Positions 62,621-64,000 of a stretch of DNA of 64,000 bases are shown here, one piece after another. Source of the stretch: Felis catus (Eukaryota); contig NC_058368.1 in assembly GCF_018350175.1 (NCBI RefSeq), positions 103,666,001 through 103,730,000 on the forward strand. Direction: 5' to 3'. The position numbers and the translations under genes were made by a program. The notes beneath the pieces were generated by a model. The model ran no database searches. It was not told where the DNA came from and saw nothing but the letters and a program-made list of their open reading frames with translations. Every line of letters begins with the position of its first letter. Within the stretch, counting starts at the first letter, position 1.

Positions 62621-64000
62621 AAAAATGATGTGACTCCTGTACAGTGAGTCTGTACAGTGAGAGCTGTTTTCGTTTAAAATAACCTTGTGAGAAAAATAAA
62701 ACTCAACAGTTTAAGGAATGGACCCTCAAAGGGGAGGCCAAACGTCTTGAGATCAGCCTCCTCTGCAGCAACTCCGAATGGTCCTTTTGCTCTGAGTAAA
62801 GCTTCCAATTCCTCAGTCACTTGTCTAATTCACTGTCCACGGCCACCAACATGTGATATGTCACAGGAGGGCCTCCCCTCCTCACCCCCACCCCATATCC
62901 ACCACCGAACGAAAGCCAAAAGGTTGACAAAAGTTATTCACCCACAGAGTCATTAGCGGAGAAAACGGGGGAAAGAAGAATTTACTTCCCCTCATCCACA
63001 GATAATCATCTTCTGTCCTAAAGCATAAATTTTGATTACCCAGATTATTTTAGCTTTCAGAGTCACACGGGTTATAAGTGGTAATAAAATCGTTCAGCCT
63101 TATAAAAATTAAAAAAAAAAAAAAGATTCCAACCACAGTATTTAAGAATCTGACCTCACAGCATATTATCCACCCACTGTGGTAAAGTAATTTTCTCTTT
63201 GCTGTCAGTGTGACCCCTTTTTTCCTTTCTCTAGCTACACTTCAAAAAGAAAAGAAAGTGATATGACTGAACTCATCAGGGCACAAATGTTTGCAGTCAA
63301 GGAATGGGGTTTTTTGTTTTGTTTTGTTTCATCTGCTTTTCTGTATAAAGTTAAATAGCCTACATAGATGCCAAAATCAAGAGCTTAATCACAACGTACT
63401 TAAACCCAACAGAGGAACGGGTAGCGTTTAAGCGTGATCACCTCGTGGAGAGGTGAAATCCTTCCAACTCAGCTAACTTTGTTCTCACCGCCTTGATGAC
63501 TGTGAGCTGGAGACGCATCTCAAGGACACTGCACTCACTGTCCAATGAGCCTTCCAGAAGCTTTGCTTCCCTCAACTATCCCTGCTAAAATACACACTAA
63601 CGTTTATGGTTGTTTTTAATGCTTGTTCATTTCTAATACTTAAACCTTCACAAACCAGTAGGCAAAGTTACTCTTTTCAACAAGCATCTCACATTTCAAA
63701 GAAAATCCATGTTGGCATGGCTATGAAACAGCAGCATTCTTTGTGGATCCACGTCTATCTCTGGAGCAAGGAATCAGGTTTTCAAAGGGCCCAGTGAGGC
63801 ATGGAGAAATTCAAGCAGGCACTTGGAAAAGCTGTGCTCCTAAGAGCTACAGAAGTGTATGTGTAATATAGTTCCATTTTTTTTAATTCCACATGCAGAG
63901 ACCGGGAAACAGGAAACAAAATACTTCTAAATGTCATGAGTAGTAGAATTACACTTTTTTCTTTTTTTCCTATATGCTTCTATGTTTTCCAAAATATCTG

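Noticed and set aside
4043..62661. Short 12-21 bp direct repeats (4043/4082, ~11498, ~29933, ~57223, ~62637)
   Set aside because: Isolated two-copy slippage duplications with no repeat-spacer array, so not CRISPR-like.

Overview
This is mammalian, cat-family (Felidae) genomic DNA, judged from about 36 feline CanSINEs (SINEC_Fc type, four of them very young) and feline L1 3' ends. It is AT-rich and non-coding, either a large intron or intergenic. I cannot support any protein-coding gene, RNA gene or CRISPR-like array. The six-frame ORFs are SINE, L1, microsatellite or transposon read-throughs, or unrecognised short ORFs of chance length. The window contains SINEs, L1 fragments of several ages (many with readable target-site duplications), L2/MIR, MaLR and ERV solo LTRs, and Tigger/hAT DNA-transposon fossils. 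It also holds a heavily decayed ERV-L pol gene (RT, RNase H, integrase) split by an L1 insertion. Repeat-poor islands look like conserved non-coding or regulatory DNA, and two have candidate minus-strand micro-exons. The most unusual unexplained structure is at about 60.96-61.6 kb: a perfect 23-bp inverted copy 589 bp away, plus stacked hairpins and a direct repeat, resembling a template-switch repair scar. Repeat family names come from recalled consensus sequences, not a database search, and most repeat boundaries are approximate. I found no convincing novel gene system.
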